Source: an uncultured Clostridia bacterium
GTDB lineage: Bacteria; Bacillota; Clostridia; TANB77; CAG-465
NCBI GenBank assembly: GCA_934130595.1
Contig: CAKOYF010000001.1
Span: forward strand, 1,966-65,965
DNA: 64,000 nt
Reading direction: 5' to 3'
In this document: piece after piece, positions 39,687 through 48,363 of the stretch
How the letters are laid out: every line of letters begins with the position of its first letter
Numbering within the stretch: the first letter of the stretch is position 1
Notes under the pieces: model-generated
The model's database searches: none
What the model was told of the DNA's origin: nothing
What the model saw: the letters and a program-made list of their open reading frames with translations, nothing else
Position numbers and translations under genes: made by a program

Positions 39687-39860
39687 ATGCCAGGTATAAA
39701 GATTAAGGATAATGAAAGCTTAGATAATGCTTTAGCTAGATTTAAAAAACAATGTGCAAAATACGGTGTTCTTGCTGAAATCCGTAAAAGAGAACATTAT
39801 GAAAAACCTAGCGTAAAAAGAAAAAAGAAATCAGAAGCTGCTAGGAAAAGAAAACACTAG
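39687..39860 (+). CDS. rpsU: 30S ribosomal protein S21
   Basis: Own translation [70 protein letters not shown]. Below the ORF-track size cutoff. Confidence 0.92.
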   Translation: MPGIKIKDNESLDNALARFKKQCAKYGVLAEIRKREHYEKPSVKRKKKSEAARKRKH

Positions 39861-39894
39861 AATTTGAAAAACAGATATGTTTTTTGTTTATATT

Positions 39895-39928
39895 AATACA
39901 TCTATATATTTAGGTGTATTTTTTATTT
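39895..39928 (+). terminator. terminator after rpsU
   Basis: Stem aatacatc/ggtgtatt with one G-U pair, followed by TTTTATTT. A weaker AU hairpin lies at 39866-39886. Confidence 0.5.
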
Positions 39929-39964
39929 ATAATAAAAGCAGAATAGTTTAATCTATTCTGCTTT
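39925..39964 (-). terminator. terminator overlapping the 3' end of the pseudouridine synthase gene
   Basis: 12-bp stem aaagcagaatag/ctattctgcttt (39935-39946 / 39953-39964). The stop codon lies inside the stem. U-run on the minus strand. Confidence 0.65.
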
Positions 39965-40672
39965 CTTGTTATATAACGCTATTAATTCATTTTTTTCTTT
40001 AGCTGTTAAATATCTGTACTTTCCAGATTGTAAATTTCCAAGTAAAACATTTCCTACTTGTATTCTTCTTAAGTTTAGCAAGTTTATTCCTACTGAATCA
40101 CACATTCTTCTTACTTGTCTATTTTTCCCCTCTGAAATTATTATTTGAACCTTGTCATTTCCTATTCTTTTCACCTTTGCTGGTCTTGTAATATAATCTC
40201 CTATATCTACGCCATTTGTTAATTTCTCTAATTGTTCGTTAGTAACATTTGTATCTGTTGTTACTATGTACGTTTTTTCAATTTTATTTCTAGGATGCAT
40301 AACTTTATTTGAAAATTCTCCGTCATTAGTAAGTAGTAATAATCCTTCAGTATCTTTATCTAATCTACCAATAGAATATACTCTTACATTCTCATCAATT
40401 AAATCTATTACATTTTTTCTGTTATATTCATCACTATTTGTTGTAACATATCCCTTAGGTTTATTTAATACTATATATACCTTTTTTTCTTCTTTGTGTA
40501 TTAACTTGTTGTCTACTTCTACTATATCTTTTGGTGATACTTTTTCACCTAAATTAGTTACAACTTGTCCATTAACTTTTACTTTTCCACTACTAATTAG
40601 CTCATCTGCTTTTCTTCTTGAACAAACTCCACACGAAGCTATATATTTATTTAATCTTTCCATACTATTCAC
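39953..40672 (-). CDS. rRNA pseudouridine synthase, RsuA/RluB family, with S4 domain
   Basis: S4 N-terminus (RLNKYIASCGVCSRRKADELI) and catalytic GRLDKDTEGLLLLTNDG. Confidence 0.9.
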   Translation of the reverse strand: MNSMERLNKYIASCGVCSRRKADELISSGKVKVNGQVVTNLGEKVSPKDIVEVDNKLIHKEEKKVYIVLNKPKGYVTTNSDEYNRKNVIDLIDENVRVYSIGRLDKDTEGLLLLTNDGEFSNKVMHPRNKIEKTYIVTTDTNVTNEQLEKLTNGVDIGDYITRPAKVKRIGNDKVQIIISEGKNRQVRRMCDSVGINLLNLRRIQVGNVLLGNLQSGKYRYLTAKEKNELIALYNKKAE

Positions 40673-40736
40673 CTTTTGTTATTTATATCATATTATATAT
40701 TATCATAAGCTTATGTTCACATATATAAGGCTGCAA

Positions 40737-41666
40737 TTACTTTGCAGCTTTTTCTTTATTTTCTAAACTATTTAGTATCTTTTGAAAGTACTCTGGTAAT
40801 TCAGAGTCAAACTCTACAAATCTATTATCTCTTGGATGCTCAAAGCCTAAATACTTTGCATGTAACATTTGTCCTTGTACTTTAAATTTTGGATCTTTTT
40901 TTCCATATACTTCATCTCCTACTAAAGGATGATGTAAAGATGCCATATGGACTCTAATTTGGTGTGTTCTACCAGTTTCTAGTTCAGCTTCGACAAAAGT
41001 TACATTTGATGCATAAAAACGCTTTAAAACGGAAATATGAGTCACTGCACGTCTTGAATTTTTATCTGTAACAGCCATTTTCTTTCTATCTTTTGAACTT
41101 CTTCCGATAGGTTTATCTATTGTTAAATGGTCTTCTTTTATTATTCCTTTTACTAATGCTACATATTTTCTTTTAATACTATGTACTTTAAATTGTTCAG
41201 ATAATATCTTATGTGCATTGTCATTTTTAGCTACAACTATTATACCACTAGTATCCTTGTCTATTCTATGTACTATACCCGGTCTAATAACTCCATTAAT
41301 TGTAGATAAATTATCCTTATGCGAATTCATTAAAGAATTAACAACTGTACCTGTATAATTACCATTTGCAGGATGCACAACCATTCCCTTAGGCTTATTT
41401 ACTATAATTATATCTTCATCTTCATATACAATATCTAAAGGAATATCTTCTGGTATAATATTTTGAGCTACTTTCTCTACAATTTCCATTTCTATTTTGT
41501 CATTTAGCTTTAACTTATATCCACTTTTTACTTTTTTACCATTTACTAAGATTTTTTCTTCATCAATTAAATTTTTAACATAACTTCTTGTTATATCACT
41601 ATTTTTTTCACTTAAATAAATATCTAGTCTTTTTGAAACATCATCTTTTTGTACTATATACTCCAT
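40737..41666 (-). CDS. rluD: RluA/RluD family 23S rRNA pseudouridine synthase
   Basis: S4-like N-terminus, HRIDKDTSGIIVVAKN catalytic motif, and GRTHQIRVH. Confidence 0.9.
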   Translation of the reverse strand: MEYIVQKDDVSKRLDIYLSEKNSDITRSYVKNLIDEEKILVNGKKVKSGYKLKLNDKIEMEIVEKVAQNIIPEDIPLDIVYEDEDIIIVNKPKGMVVHPANGNYTGTVVNSLMNSHKDNLSTINGVIRPGIVHRIDKDTSGIIVVAKNDNAHKILSEQFKVHSIKRKYVALVKGIIKEDHLTIDKPIGRSSKDRKKMAVTDKNSRRAVTHISVLKRFYASNVTFVEAELETGRTHQIRVHMASLHHPLVGDEVYGKKDPKFKVQGQMLHAKYLGFEHPRDNRFVEFDSELPEYFQKILNSLENKEKAAK

Positions 41667-41674
41667 TATTTCTC

Positions 41675-42547
41675 CTATTTATTAAATAAATCTAATATTT
41701 GTTCTTCATTAAATGAATATTTTTTATTACAGAAATTACATGAAATTTCTAATATACCATTTTCCTTTACTATTTTTAAAGCTTCTTCTTTTCCAAGTGC
41801 AATTATTGTGTTTTGAATTCTTTGTAATGAGCAATCACAATGAAGCTCTGCTTTTGACTCAAAAACAGTCTCAATATCTTTATCTCCAGTAGCATTTATA
41901 ACTATATCATCTATAGTTCTTCCTTCTTTCATAAGAGATGTCATAGATGGTAATTTAATATTTATACTTTCTAGCTTGTCTATTACACTTTCTTCACAGT
42001 CTGGTAATGGTTGAATAATATATCCACCTGCTTTTAAAACATTTCCTTCCTCATTAATTAGGACACCAACAGATACTACAGATGGTGTTTGCTCTGAAAC
42101 GTTAAAGTAATATGCAAAGTCATCTCCTATTTCTCCTGTTAGTAATTCACATGTTCCAACATATGGCTCTTTTAATCCAATGTCTTTAATAACTGTCAAT
42201 GTACCTGCACCAATTCCTCTTCCAACATCAATTTTTCCTTCTGAATTTAACTCTAATTCTACTTGAGGATTTGTAACACATCCTTTTAAATTCATGTTTT
42301 TATCTGCACATACAACTATATTTCCTAAAGGTCCTTCACCTTTAACTTGTACTGTAATTCTATCATCATCATTTTTTAAAGTAGCTGCTATCATAGCTGA
42401 AACTGTAACTACTCTTCCAAGTGCAGCAGTTGCTAAATTTGAAAGATTATGTAGGTCTCTTAACTCTTGTACAATTTCAGTAGAATCAATTGCCATAACT
42501 CTTACACTTTTATTATATGCTAAATATCTTTTTACGTTGTTCATCAT
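41675..42547 (-). CDS. hslO: redox-regulated chaperone Hsp33
   Basis: C-terminal zinc centre CDCS...CNFCNKKY and overall Hsp33 pattern. Confidence 0.9.
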   Translation of the reverse strand: MMNNVKRYLAYNKSVRVMAIDSTEIVQELRDLHNLSNLATAALGRVVTVSAMIAATLKNDDDRITVQVKGEGPLGNIVVCADKNMNLKGCVTNPQVELELNSEGKIDVGRGIGAGTLTVIKDIGLKEPYVGTCELLTGEIGDDFAYYFNVSEQTPSVVSVGVLINEEGNVLKAGGYIIQPLPDCEESVIDKLESINIKLPSMTSLMKEGRTIDDIVINATGDKDIETVFESKAELHCDCSLQRIQNTIIALGKEEALKIVKENGILEISCNFCNKKYSFNEEQILDLFNK

Positions 42548-42572
42548 TTTTCTCCTTTTTTTACTAGCTTAT

Positions 42573-42601
42573 ATTTTACCAAAATTATGTAATTTTTTCA
42601 A
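42573..42601 (-). promoter_or_regulatory. sigma-A type promoter of hslO
   Basis: TTGAAA (42596-42601), 17 nt, TGgTAAAAT (42573-42578) on the minus strand. Confidence 0.6.
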
Positions 42602-42626
42602 GACACATATATTTATTTTGTGCAGT

Positions 42627-42669
42627 AATATATAAAAGAGCATTAACACACTAAGTATTAATGCTCTTT
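42627..42669 (-). terminator. Rho-independent terminator immediately after spoIIAB
   Basis: 12-bp stem aaagagcattaa/ttaatgctcttt (42635-42646 / 42658-42669), 4 nt after the stop, followed on the minus strand by UUUUAUAU. Confidence 0.75.
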
Positions 42670-42673
42670 GCTA

Positions 42674-43120
42674 TTACACCTTTGATTTTCTTTTTCTTAT
42701 TTTCTTAGTAAGTAATATCGTTGTACCTAAATTTACAGTTGAATCAACTATCACTTCATCCATAAACGACTCCATAATTGTAAATCCCATTCCTGCATGT
42801 TCATTTTCCGGCTTTGTTGTATATGCTGGTGTCATTGCCAAAGATATATCCTCTATACCTTTACCATAATCTCTTATTTTTATTACCATTTTTTCATTAT
42901 CTTCTACTGTTGCCTCTACTAGTATTTTATTTTCATCATTTTCTTCATCATAAGCATGATCTACAGCATTAGTTACAGCTTCAGAAAGTGCAGTTTTTAC
43001 ATCCATCAATTCATCTATATGAATATTTAAATTACTAAAGAAAGTAGTTATACATAGTCTTATTGGAGAAATATTAGATATATCTGCCTTAGATTCTATT
43101 TTTATATAATTATTGCTCAT
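42674..43120 (-). CDS. spoIIAB: anti-sigma F factor (serine kinase) SpoIIAB
   Basis: Co-linear with B. subtilis SpoIIAB: DELMDVKTALSEAVTNAVDHAY, TTKPENEHAGMGFTIMESFMDEV, GTTILLTK. Confidence 0.85.
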   Translation of the reverse strand: MSNNYIKIESKADISNISPIRLCITTFFSNLNIHIDELMDVKTALSEAVTNAVDHAYDEENDENKILVEATVEDNEKMVIKIRDYGKGIEDISLAMTPAYTTKPENEHAGMGFTIMESFMDEVIVDSTVNLGTTILLTKKIRKRKSKV

Positions 43121-43424
43121 ATCTTACACACTCCAATTTTATATTTGAAAGTTCAATTATTCTTCTTATATTTTCTGCAGCATTTACAACTGTCATTTTA
43201 GAATCTAATAACTTTATTAAATTATATCTTCCTATTATTAGTCCAATACCACTACTATCCATAAATTTAACTCCAGACAAATCCAGTACTAATTCGTATG
43301 GTTGATATTTCATAATATACCCATCTATAATTCCTCGTATAACCTTGCATGAACTAATATCTAGTTCTTCTTCTAAGTAAATTGTTAATTTTCCATTCTC
43401 ATAGTTATATTTCAAAAAACTCAC
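43110..43424 (-). CDS. spoIIAA: anti-sigma F factor antagonist SpoIIAA (STAS domain)
   Basis: Phosphorylatable FMDSSGIGLIIGRY motif. 11-nt overlap with spoIIAB. The real start is probably the TTG at 43415, behind GAGGTG. Confidence 0.8.
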   Translation of the reverse strand: MSFLKYNYENGKLTIYLEEELDISSCKVIRGIIDGYIMKYQPYELVLDLSGVKFMDSSGIGLIIGRYNLIKLLDSKMTVVNAAENIRRIIELSNIKLECVRYEQ

Positions 43425-43505
43425 CTCTTTTGGAACGTATTATATCAAATAAAAAGTGCAAAATTTGTTGTTCTTTAGTATACTTTAATATTTTATTATA
43501 ATATG

Positions 43506-43539
43506 AAAAAATCCCAACTGATTATATAATCAATTGAGA
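43506..43539 (-). terminator. strand-specific terminator after srtB
   Basis: 12-bp stem (43512-43523 / 43528-43539) that is fully paired only as minus-strand RNA (two G-U pairs), followed by U6. Confidence 0.7.
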
Positions 43540-43549
43540 TTTTATATTA

Positions 43550-44326
43550 TTAATTTTTTATTAATCTAGCTTGAACAACAAATCTTCCATCTTTTATTGA
43601 ATAATCGCATGTAGATAAAGTTAGTATACTATCTGCAGATGAAACTTCTACACCTGTATCATATCTACTCTTTTTAGCTAAACTTGCTATGAAATCATCA
43701 TATTCAGATAAAGACTCAAATTCTGTGTCTATATAATAAAATTTTGATGCTTCTACAGAATAAACTGTAAATATTTCATATTTTTTTAGTCCATCAGCTG
43801 TTGCAAGCTCTATATATTTATGATTATTAAAGAACTCTTCTCTTTTATAATTTAAAAGTGGAGTAAATCTATTATCTGTTTCAGTATTATGACCATAAAT
43901 AATTATATTAGTCATAAGATCAGATAATTTACTTACGTCACATCTATAATCTATGAATGTTTCTCCCCAATCTTGAGTTACTCCATCTCTATCTTCTCTA
44001 TAATATCTAGTGTTATCTGTTCCTTGGAATATAGGGTAATCTATTGTAGTTCCTGGTACTTTTAACCAAGCTTTTGCATCTTTATATGTAACATTAACTT
44101 TTGAAAGTTCTTCTACTAGATTTCTTCCTTCATCCTCAGATGTAGTAACAGGCATATTTTCGTCTCCAACAAAAATATCATATCCTAGCTCTTCTCCTGG
44201 TTTTTCAAGTGAGTTGCTATTAAATATGTTATTTAATACTAAAGCTACTATACCTATTATTGCCATTATTACAATTATAACTATAAAAATTATAACATTC
44301 AAATTCTTTTTCTTATTTATCGCCAT
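43550..44326 (-). CDS. srtB: class B sortase
   Basis: N-terminal anchor, AWLKVPGTTIDYPIFQG, IIYGHN, the TLSTCDY catalytic Cys motif and a C-terminal RFVVQARL. Confidence 0.85.
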   Translation of the reverse strand: MAINKKKNLNVIIFIVIIVIMAIIGIVALVLNNIFNSNSLEKPGEELGYDIFVGDENMPVTTSEDEGRNLVEELSKVNVTYKDAKAWLKVPGTTIDYPIFQGTDNTRYYREDRDGVTQDWGETFIDYRCDVSKLSDLMTNIIIYGHNTETDNRFTPLLNYKREEFFNNHKYIELATADGLKKYEIFTVYSVEASKFYYIDTEFESLSEYDDFIASLAKKSRYDTGVEVSSADSILTLSTCDYSIKDGRFVVQARLIKN

Positions 44327-44401
44327 TAATTAGCCTCCATTAAAATTAAGTAAATTATATCATATTATATATTTATGTTCAATAACCATTTATCTTTTAA
44401 G

Positions 44402-44431
44402 AAAAAAATAAGGCAATATAACTATTGCCCT
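44402..44431 (-). terminator. terminator after xerD
   Basis: Stem (44410-44418 / 44423-44431) with one G-U pair as minus-strand RNA, followed by U7. Confidence 0.65.
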
Positions 44432-44443
44432 ACAATTTATAGA

Positions 44444-45316
44444 TTATAAATTTACGTTATTGTGTCCATTTTTTTCATCTAGGTGAGCCATTTGAGTATA
44501 CATCATTGTAGATGCAACATCAGTATGTCCTAGTAATTCTTGTACTGTTTTAATTTCAGCACCATCTTCTAACATATGAACAGCAAATGAATGTCTGATT
44601 GTGTGTGGAGTAATATCTTTATCTATTTTTGCTTGCTCCTTATATTGTTTTAATATTTTCCAATATCCTTGTCTAGTCATTTTTTGTCCATTTGTATTAA
44701 TAAACAATGTCTTTTCTTCTTCAGTTCTTATTAGTAATGGTCTAACTTTATTCATATAGTCTTTTAGACATTTTAAAGATAAGTTTCCTAGTGGTATATG
44801 TCTTTCAGTATTCTTTTTCTTTACTTTGATGTATCCATTGTTTAAGTTTACATCTTCAACTCTTAAAGAAATAAGTTCTGTAACTCTTATACCAGTTGCA
44901 TATAAAATTTCTAGCATAGTCTTATCTCTTTGACCTTTAAGTTCAGAAAGATTTGGTTGCTCTAATAGTTTTTCTATTTCAGCCTTAGTAAGAATTAAAG
45001 GTTCTTTTCTATCTACTTTTGGTGCTTCCACATTTTCTGCTATATTTGTTTCAGCTAGTTTTTTATTTACTAAGTATCTATAAAAAGCTTTTATTGATGC
45101 TGTACTTCTTGATATTGTTGAATTAGATTTTCCCTCAGCCATTAGGTGGTTAATATATTCTTGCATATCTTCATTAGTTAAATCAAATATTTTCTTTCCT
45201 TGTTCTTCAAAATAATTGCTAAATTGAACTATATCCCTCTCATAAGATGCAAGTGTATTCTGTGATGCTTGTCTTGCCTTCAAACTGTCGATAAATTCAT
45301 CAATTATTATTTTCAT
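44444..45316 (-). CDS. xerD: tyrosine site-specific recombinase XerD-like
   Basis: Core-binding N-terminal domain. Catalytic R...HTIRHSFAVHML...LGHTDVASTMMYT. ATG at 45316 behind GAGGAGG. Confidence 0.8.
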   Translation of the reverse strand: MKIIIDEFIDSLKARQASQNTLASYERDIVQFSNYFEEQGKKIFDLTNEDMQEYINHLMAEGKSNSTISRSTASIKAFYRYLVNKKLAETNIAENVEAPKVDRKEPLILTKAEIEKLLEQPNLSELKGQRDKTMLEILYATGIRVTELISLRVEDVNLNNGYIKVKKKNTERHIPLGNLSLKCLKDYMNKVRPLLIRTEEEKTLFINTNGQKMTRQGYWKILKQYKEQAKIDKDITPHTIRHSFAVHMLEDGAEIKTVQELLGHTDVASTMMYTQMAHLDEKNGHNNVNL

Positions 45317-45421
45317 TTTCAGTCCTCCTCTGTCAATCAATAGTTATTTTACACTATTTTGAGGTTTTTTGCAAGCTTTTTATTTAAAATTATGTAATGT
45401 TTATATGTTTATTAATAGATT

Positions 45422-46021
45422 CTAAGAAATATTATTATAAATGCTTAAACAGGTACTTATAGTTAATTGTTCAAAGACAATAGCAAACGATATTAACGAT
45501 AAAGCTATTATAAAACAATATACTAATTTTGCCATGAATTTTATATCTATTTTTTCAGATTGTGTTATATTTTTAAATATTTCTATAATATTTATACATA
45601 TTATTATATATCCCATTAAACTAAATATATTTGGTATTATTACATTCAAAATATTAACTAATATTCCTTTAAATGTGCCAAATATTGAAAATATTGTACA
45701 CATGTATACACCTGTAACCATAGCTTTTACAACTAATAACATGCACACTATTATTGGAGCAACAATAGTTATTAATGAAAAATATAATATAGCTATATAG
45801 ACTAAATTATTTCTTATGCCATTAGATATTATATTTATTTTAACAAAGTTATCTTGTTTGGTTTGGTCAAATATTCCCTTTACAACTTCAGCATACTCGT
45901 TTCCTGTATTTGTAAATGAATATATTATTATTCCAATTGCTATTCCAACAAGATAAATTATGCCTATCTTAATAATTAATGATATATTTTCTCTTATGTA
46001 CTTTTGTATAATCTTATTCAT
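45422..46021 (-). CDS. spoIIM: stage II sporulation protein M
   Basis: About 5 TM helices and an N-terminal pattern like B. subtilis SpoIIM. Adjacent to xerD, as in Bacillus. ATG at 46021; the track start at 46042 is a GTG. Confidence 0.7.
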   Translation of the reverse strand: MNKIIQKYIRENISLIIKIGIIYLVGIAIGIIIYSFTNTGNEYAEVVKGIFDQTKQDNFVKINIISNGIRNNLVYIAILYFSLITIVAPIIVCMLLVVKAMVTGVYMCTIFSIFGTFKGILVNILNVIIPNIFSLMGYIIICINIIEIFKNITQSEKIDIKFMAKLVYCFIIALSLISFAIVFEQLTISTCLSIYNNIS

Positions 46022-46063
46022 AAAAAAATCACCATATAACACTGTATGTTATATGGTATATTT

Positions 46064-46501
46064 TTATGCAAATTTCTCTCTTGCAGCTACTGCTAGTCTA
46101 TCACATCTGTTATTTAATTCGTCATCTGCATGACCTTTTACTTTTAGAAATTCTACCTTATGAATTTCTAGTTGAGAAAGTAATCTTTCCCATAAATCTA
46201 TATTTTTAACTTTAGATTTATCTGCTTTTTTCCAGTTATTCTTTTTCCAAGAATATATCCAACCTTTTTGAATTGAATTTACTACATAAGCGCTATCACT
46301 ATATACTTTTACTTCACATGGTTCTTTTAGCATTTCTAATCCTTTTATTACTGCCATCATTTCCATTTGATTGTTAGTTGTATCTTTTTGTCCGCCACTT
46401 ATTTCTTTCTCAACACCATTATATATTAAAACTGCACCGTAACCACCAGGTCCGGGATTTCCACTACATGCCCCATCAGTATACAAAGTTACTTTTTTCA
46501 T
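46064..46501 (-). CDS. rnhA: ribonuclease HI
   Basis: YTDGACSGNPGPGGYG, NNQMEMMA and KGHADDELNNRCD are canonical RNase H motifs. Confidence 0.9.
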   Translation of the reverse strand: MKKVTLYTDGACSGNPGPGGYGAVLIYNGVEKEISGGQKDTTNNQMEMMAVIKGLEMLKEPCEVKVYSDSAYVVNSIQKGWIYSWKKNNWKKADKSKVKNIDLWERLLSQLEIHKVEFLKVKGHADDELNNRCDRLAVAAREKFA

Positions 46502-46588
46502 GATACCTCCATTTAATTGAAATAAATAAAAAATTATGCTAATATATTAACATAGATATGATTAAATATCAAGAAGGACGTGAATTAA

Positions 46589-47743
46589 ATGAAAATAGTT
46601 GGAATAATTGCAGAGTTTAATCCAATGCATAATGGACATCAATATTTAATAAAAAAAGCCAAAGAACTCACTGGTGCAGACTACGCTATATGTTTGATGT
46701 CTGGTAATTTTACCCAAGCAGGAAATATAGCATTAACAAATAAATTTAATAGAGCAACTACAGCTATAAAAAACGGATTTGATGCTGTAATTGAATTACC
46801 AACAATTTATGCAACTGCAAGCGCAGAATTTTTTGCATATGGTGCTGTTAATATTTTAAATAGCATTAATTGTATAGATTACTTATGCTTTGGTAGTGAA
46901 ACAGGAGATGTGGATATTCTAACAAATATAGCACATAAATTAATTAAAAATGAAGAAAACATATGGGAAAGTATAACTATAAGTTTAAAAGAAGGAATAT
47001 CTTTTGCTAAAGCTAGAGAATATGCTATTTCTAAATTTTTAACACAATCTGAAGTAGAAATATCTAGTTCATCTAACAATATTTTAGCTATAGAATATAT
47101 AAAATCTTTAATTAAATTAAACAGTACAATTACACCAATAGCTATAAAAAGAGAAGAAAATACTGAGTATTTGAGTGCAACTAAATTAAGAGAAAAATTA
47201 AAAAATAATGAAGATGTTTCAAAATACATTTTAGATAAAAATATTGGTACAAATCTTGAGTTTAATGACAATATTTATAAAATAATTAAATATAAACTAG
47301 TATCATCATCTAAAGAATATCTTCAAGAAATTAATGGTATTACTGAAGGGATTGAAAATAAATTAATTCAGGAAATAAATAATTCTGATACATTTGATAA
47401 TTTCATTCAAAATGTAAAAAGTAAAAGATATCAACTTTCAAAAATAAAAAGAATATTAATAAGTATATTACTAGATATTACTAAAACAGATTTTCAAACG
47501 CTAAATACAAATGAAAATCAATATGCTCATATAATTGCTATATTACCAGAAAGTAAAAATGCATTATTATCCATTTTAAATAGTAATTCATCTATACCAA
47601 TTATAACATCACTAAATGATAAAAAAATTGATACATTAGATTCTACTATTGCCTATTCTTTAAAATTAGATATACGAGCTTCTAACATTTACTCTGCTAT
47701 TTCAAATCAAGATATTAATAAAGATTACACTAATAAATTATAA
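46589..47743 (+). CDS. tmcAL: tRNA(Met) cytidine acetate ligase TmcAL (UPF0348/YlbM family nucleotidyltransferase)
   Basis: N-terminal GIIAEFNPMHNGHQYLI (HxGH nucleotidyltransferase motif). Size about 385 aa. Confidence 0.8.
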   Translation: MKIVGIIAEFNPMHNGHQYLIKKAKELTGADYAICLMSGNFTQAGNIALTNKFNRATTAIKNGFDAVIELPTIYATASAEFFAYGAVNILNSINCIDYLCFGSETGDVDILTNIAHKLIKNEENIWESITISLKEGISFAKAREYAISKFLTQSEVEISSSSNNILAIEYIKSLIKLNSTITPIAIKREENTEYLSATKLREKLKNNEDVSKYILDKNIGTNLEFNDNIYKIIKYKLVSSSKEYLQEINGITEGIENKLIQEINNSDTFDNFIQNVKSKRYQLSKIKRILISILLDITKTDFQTLNTNENQYAHIIAILPESKNALLSILNSNSSIPIITSLNDKKIDTLDSTIAYSLKLDIRASNIYSAISNQDINKDYTNKL

Positions 47744-47772
47744 GGTAAATTAATATAATTTACCTTTTTTTA
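47742..47772 (+). terminator. terminator after tmcAL
   Basis: Stem aaggtaaatt/aatttacctt followed by a T-run. Confidence 0.7.
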
Positions 47773-47782
47773 TTATATTTAA

Positions 47783-47813
47783 AATAAAAAAAGCTTAGGT
47801 TTGTCCTAAGCTT
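47783..47813 (-). terminator. terminator after rplQ
   Basis: Stem aagcttagg/cctaagctt with a U-rich tract on the minus strand. Confidence 0.75.
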
Positions 47814-47822
47814 TTTAAATTA

Positions 47823-48344
47823 CTATATTAATTCGATTATAGCCATTTCAGCTGCATCGCCACGTCTAGCAACTAATTTAATTATTCTAGTGTATCCACC
47901 TTTTGCTTCATATTTTGGAGCAATTTCGTTGAATAATTTTTCTGTTAAATCAATTGTGTTTCCTTTTGCATCTTTAACTTTGTTTAATGTTTTAAACATT
48001 TTTCTTCTAGCTGCAAGTTTAGAAGCACTGTCTACTTTAACTTCTTCTTTTACTACTTCTCTTACTACAACTTCATATTTGTTTCCATTTTTTGAAGTTT
48101 TAGTTTCTTTAACTTTTTTACCGTTTTTGTCTAATTTAGCTCTTGAAATTGTTTTTTCTTTCATTTCGAAGTTATCTTTTTCTTTTACTGCTAAATCGAT
48201 TAAACTATCTGCTAATGGTTTAACTTCTTTTGCTTTTGCAAGAGTTGTTTCAACTCTACCATTTAAGATTAAAGAAGTAACTAAGTTATTTAGCATTGCA
48301 TTTCTGTGAGAAGTTGTTCTTGAAAGTTTTCTTGTTCCTGGCAT
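47823..48344 (-). CDS. rplQ: 50S ribosomal protein L17 with an internal Lys/Glu-rich insertion
   Basis: N-terminal [22 protein letters not shown] and C-terminal [25 protein letters not shown] are canonical. The product is 173 aa, against about 115-125 aa in the Firmicute L17 sequences I recall. Confidence 0.9.
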   Translation of the reverse strand: MPGTRKLSRTTSHRNAMLNNLVTSLILNGRVETTLAKAKEVKPLADSLIDLAVKEKDNFEMKEKTISRAKLDKNGKKVKETKTSKNGNKYEVVVREVVKEEVKVDSASKLAARRKMFKTLNKVKDAKGNTIDLTEKLFNEIAPKYEAKGGYTRIIKLVARRGDAAEMAIIELI

Positions 48345-48363
48345 TGTAAATTTCCTCCTTTAA

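Noticed and set aside
44444-45316. Tyrosine recombinase considered as a phage or ICE integrase marking a mobile element.
   Set aside because: It has XerD-like length and motifs. Its neighbours are housekeeping and sporulation genes (spoIIM, srtB). I saw no att-like repeats, tRNA gene or phage genes nearby.
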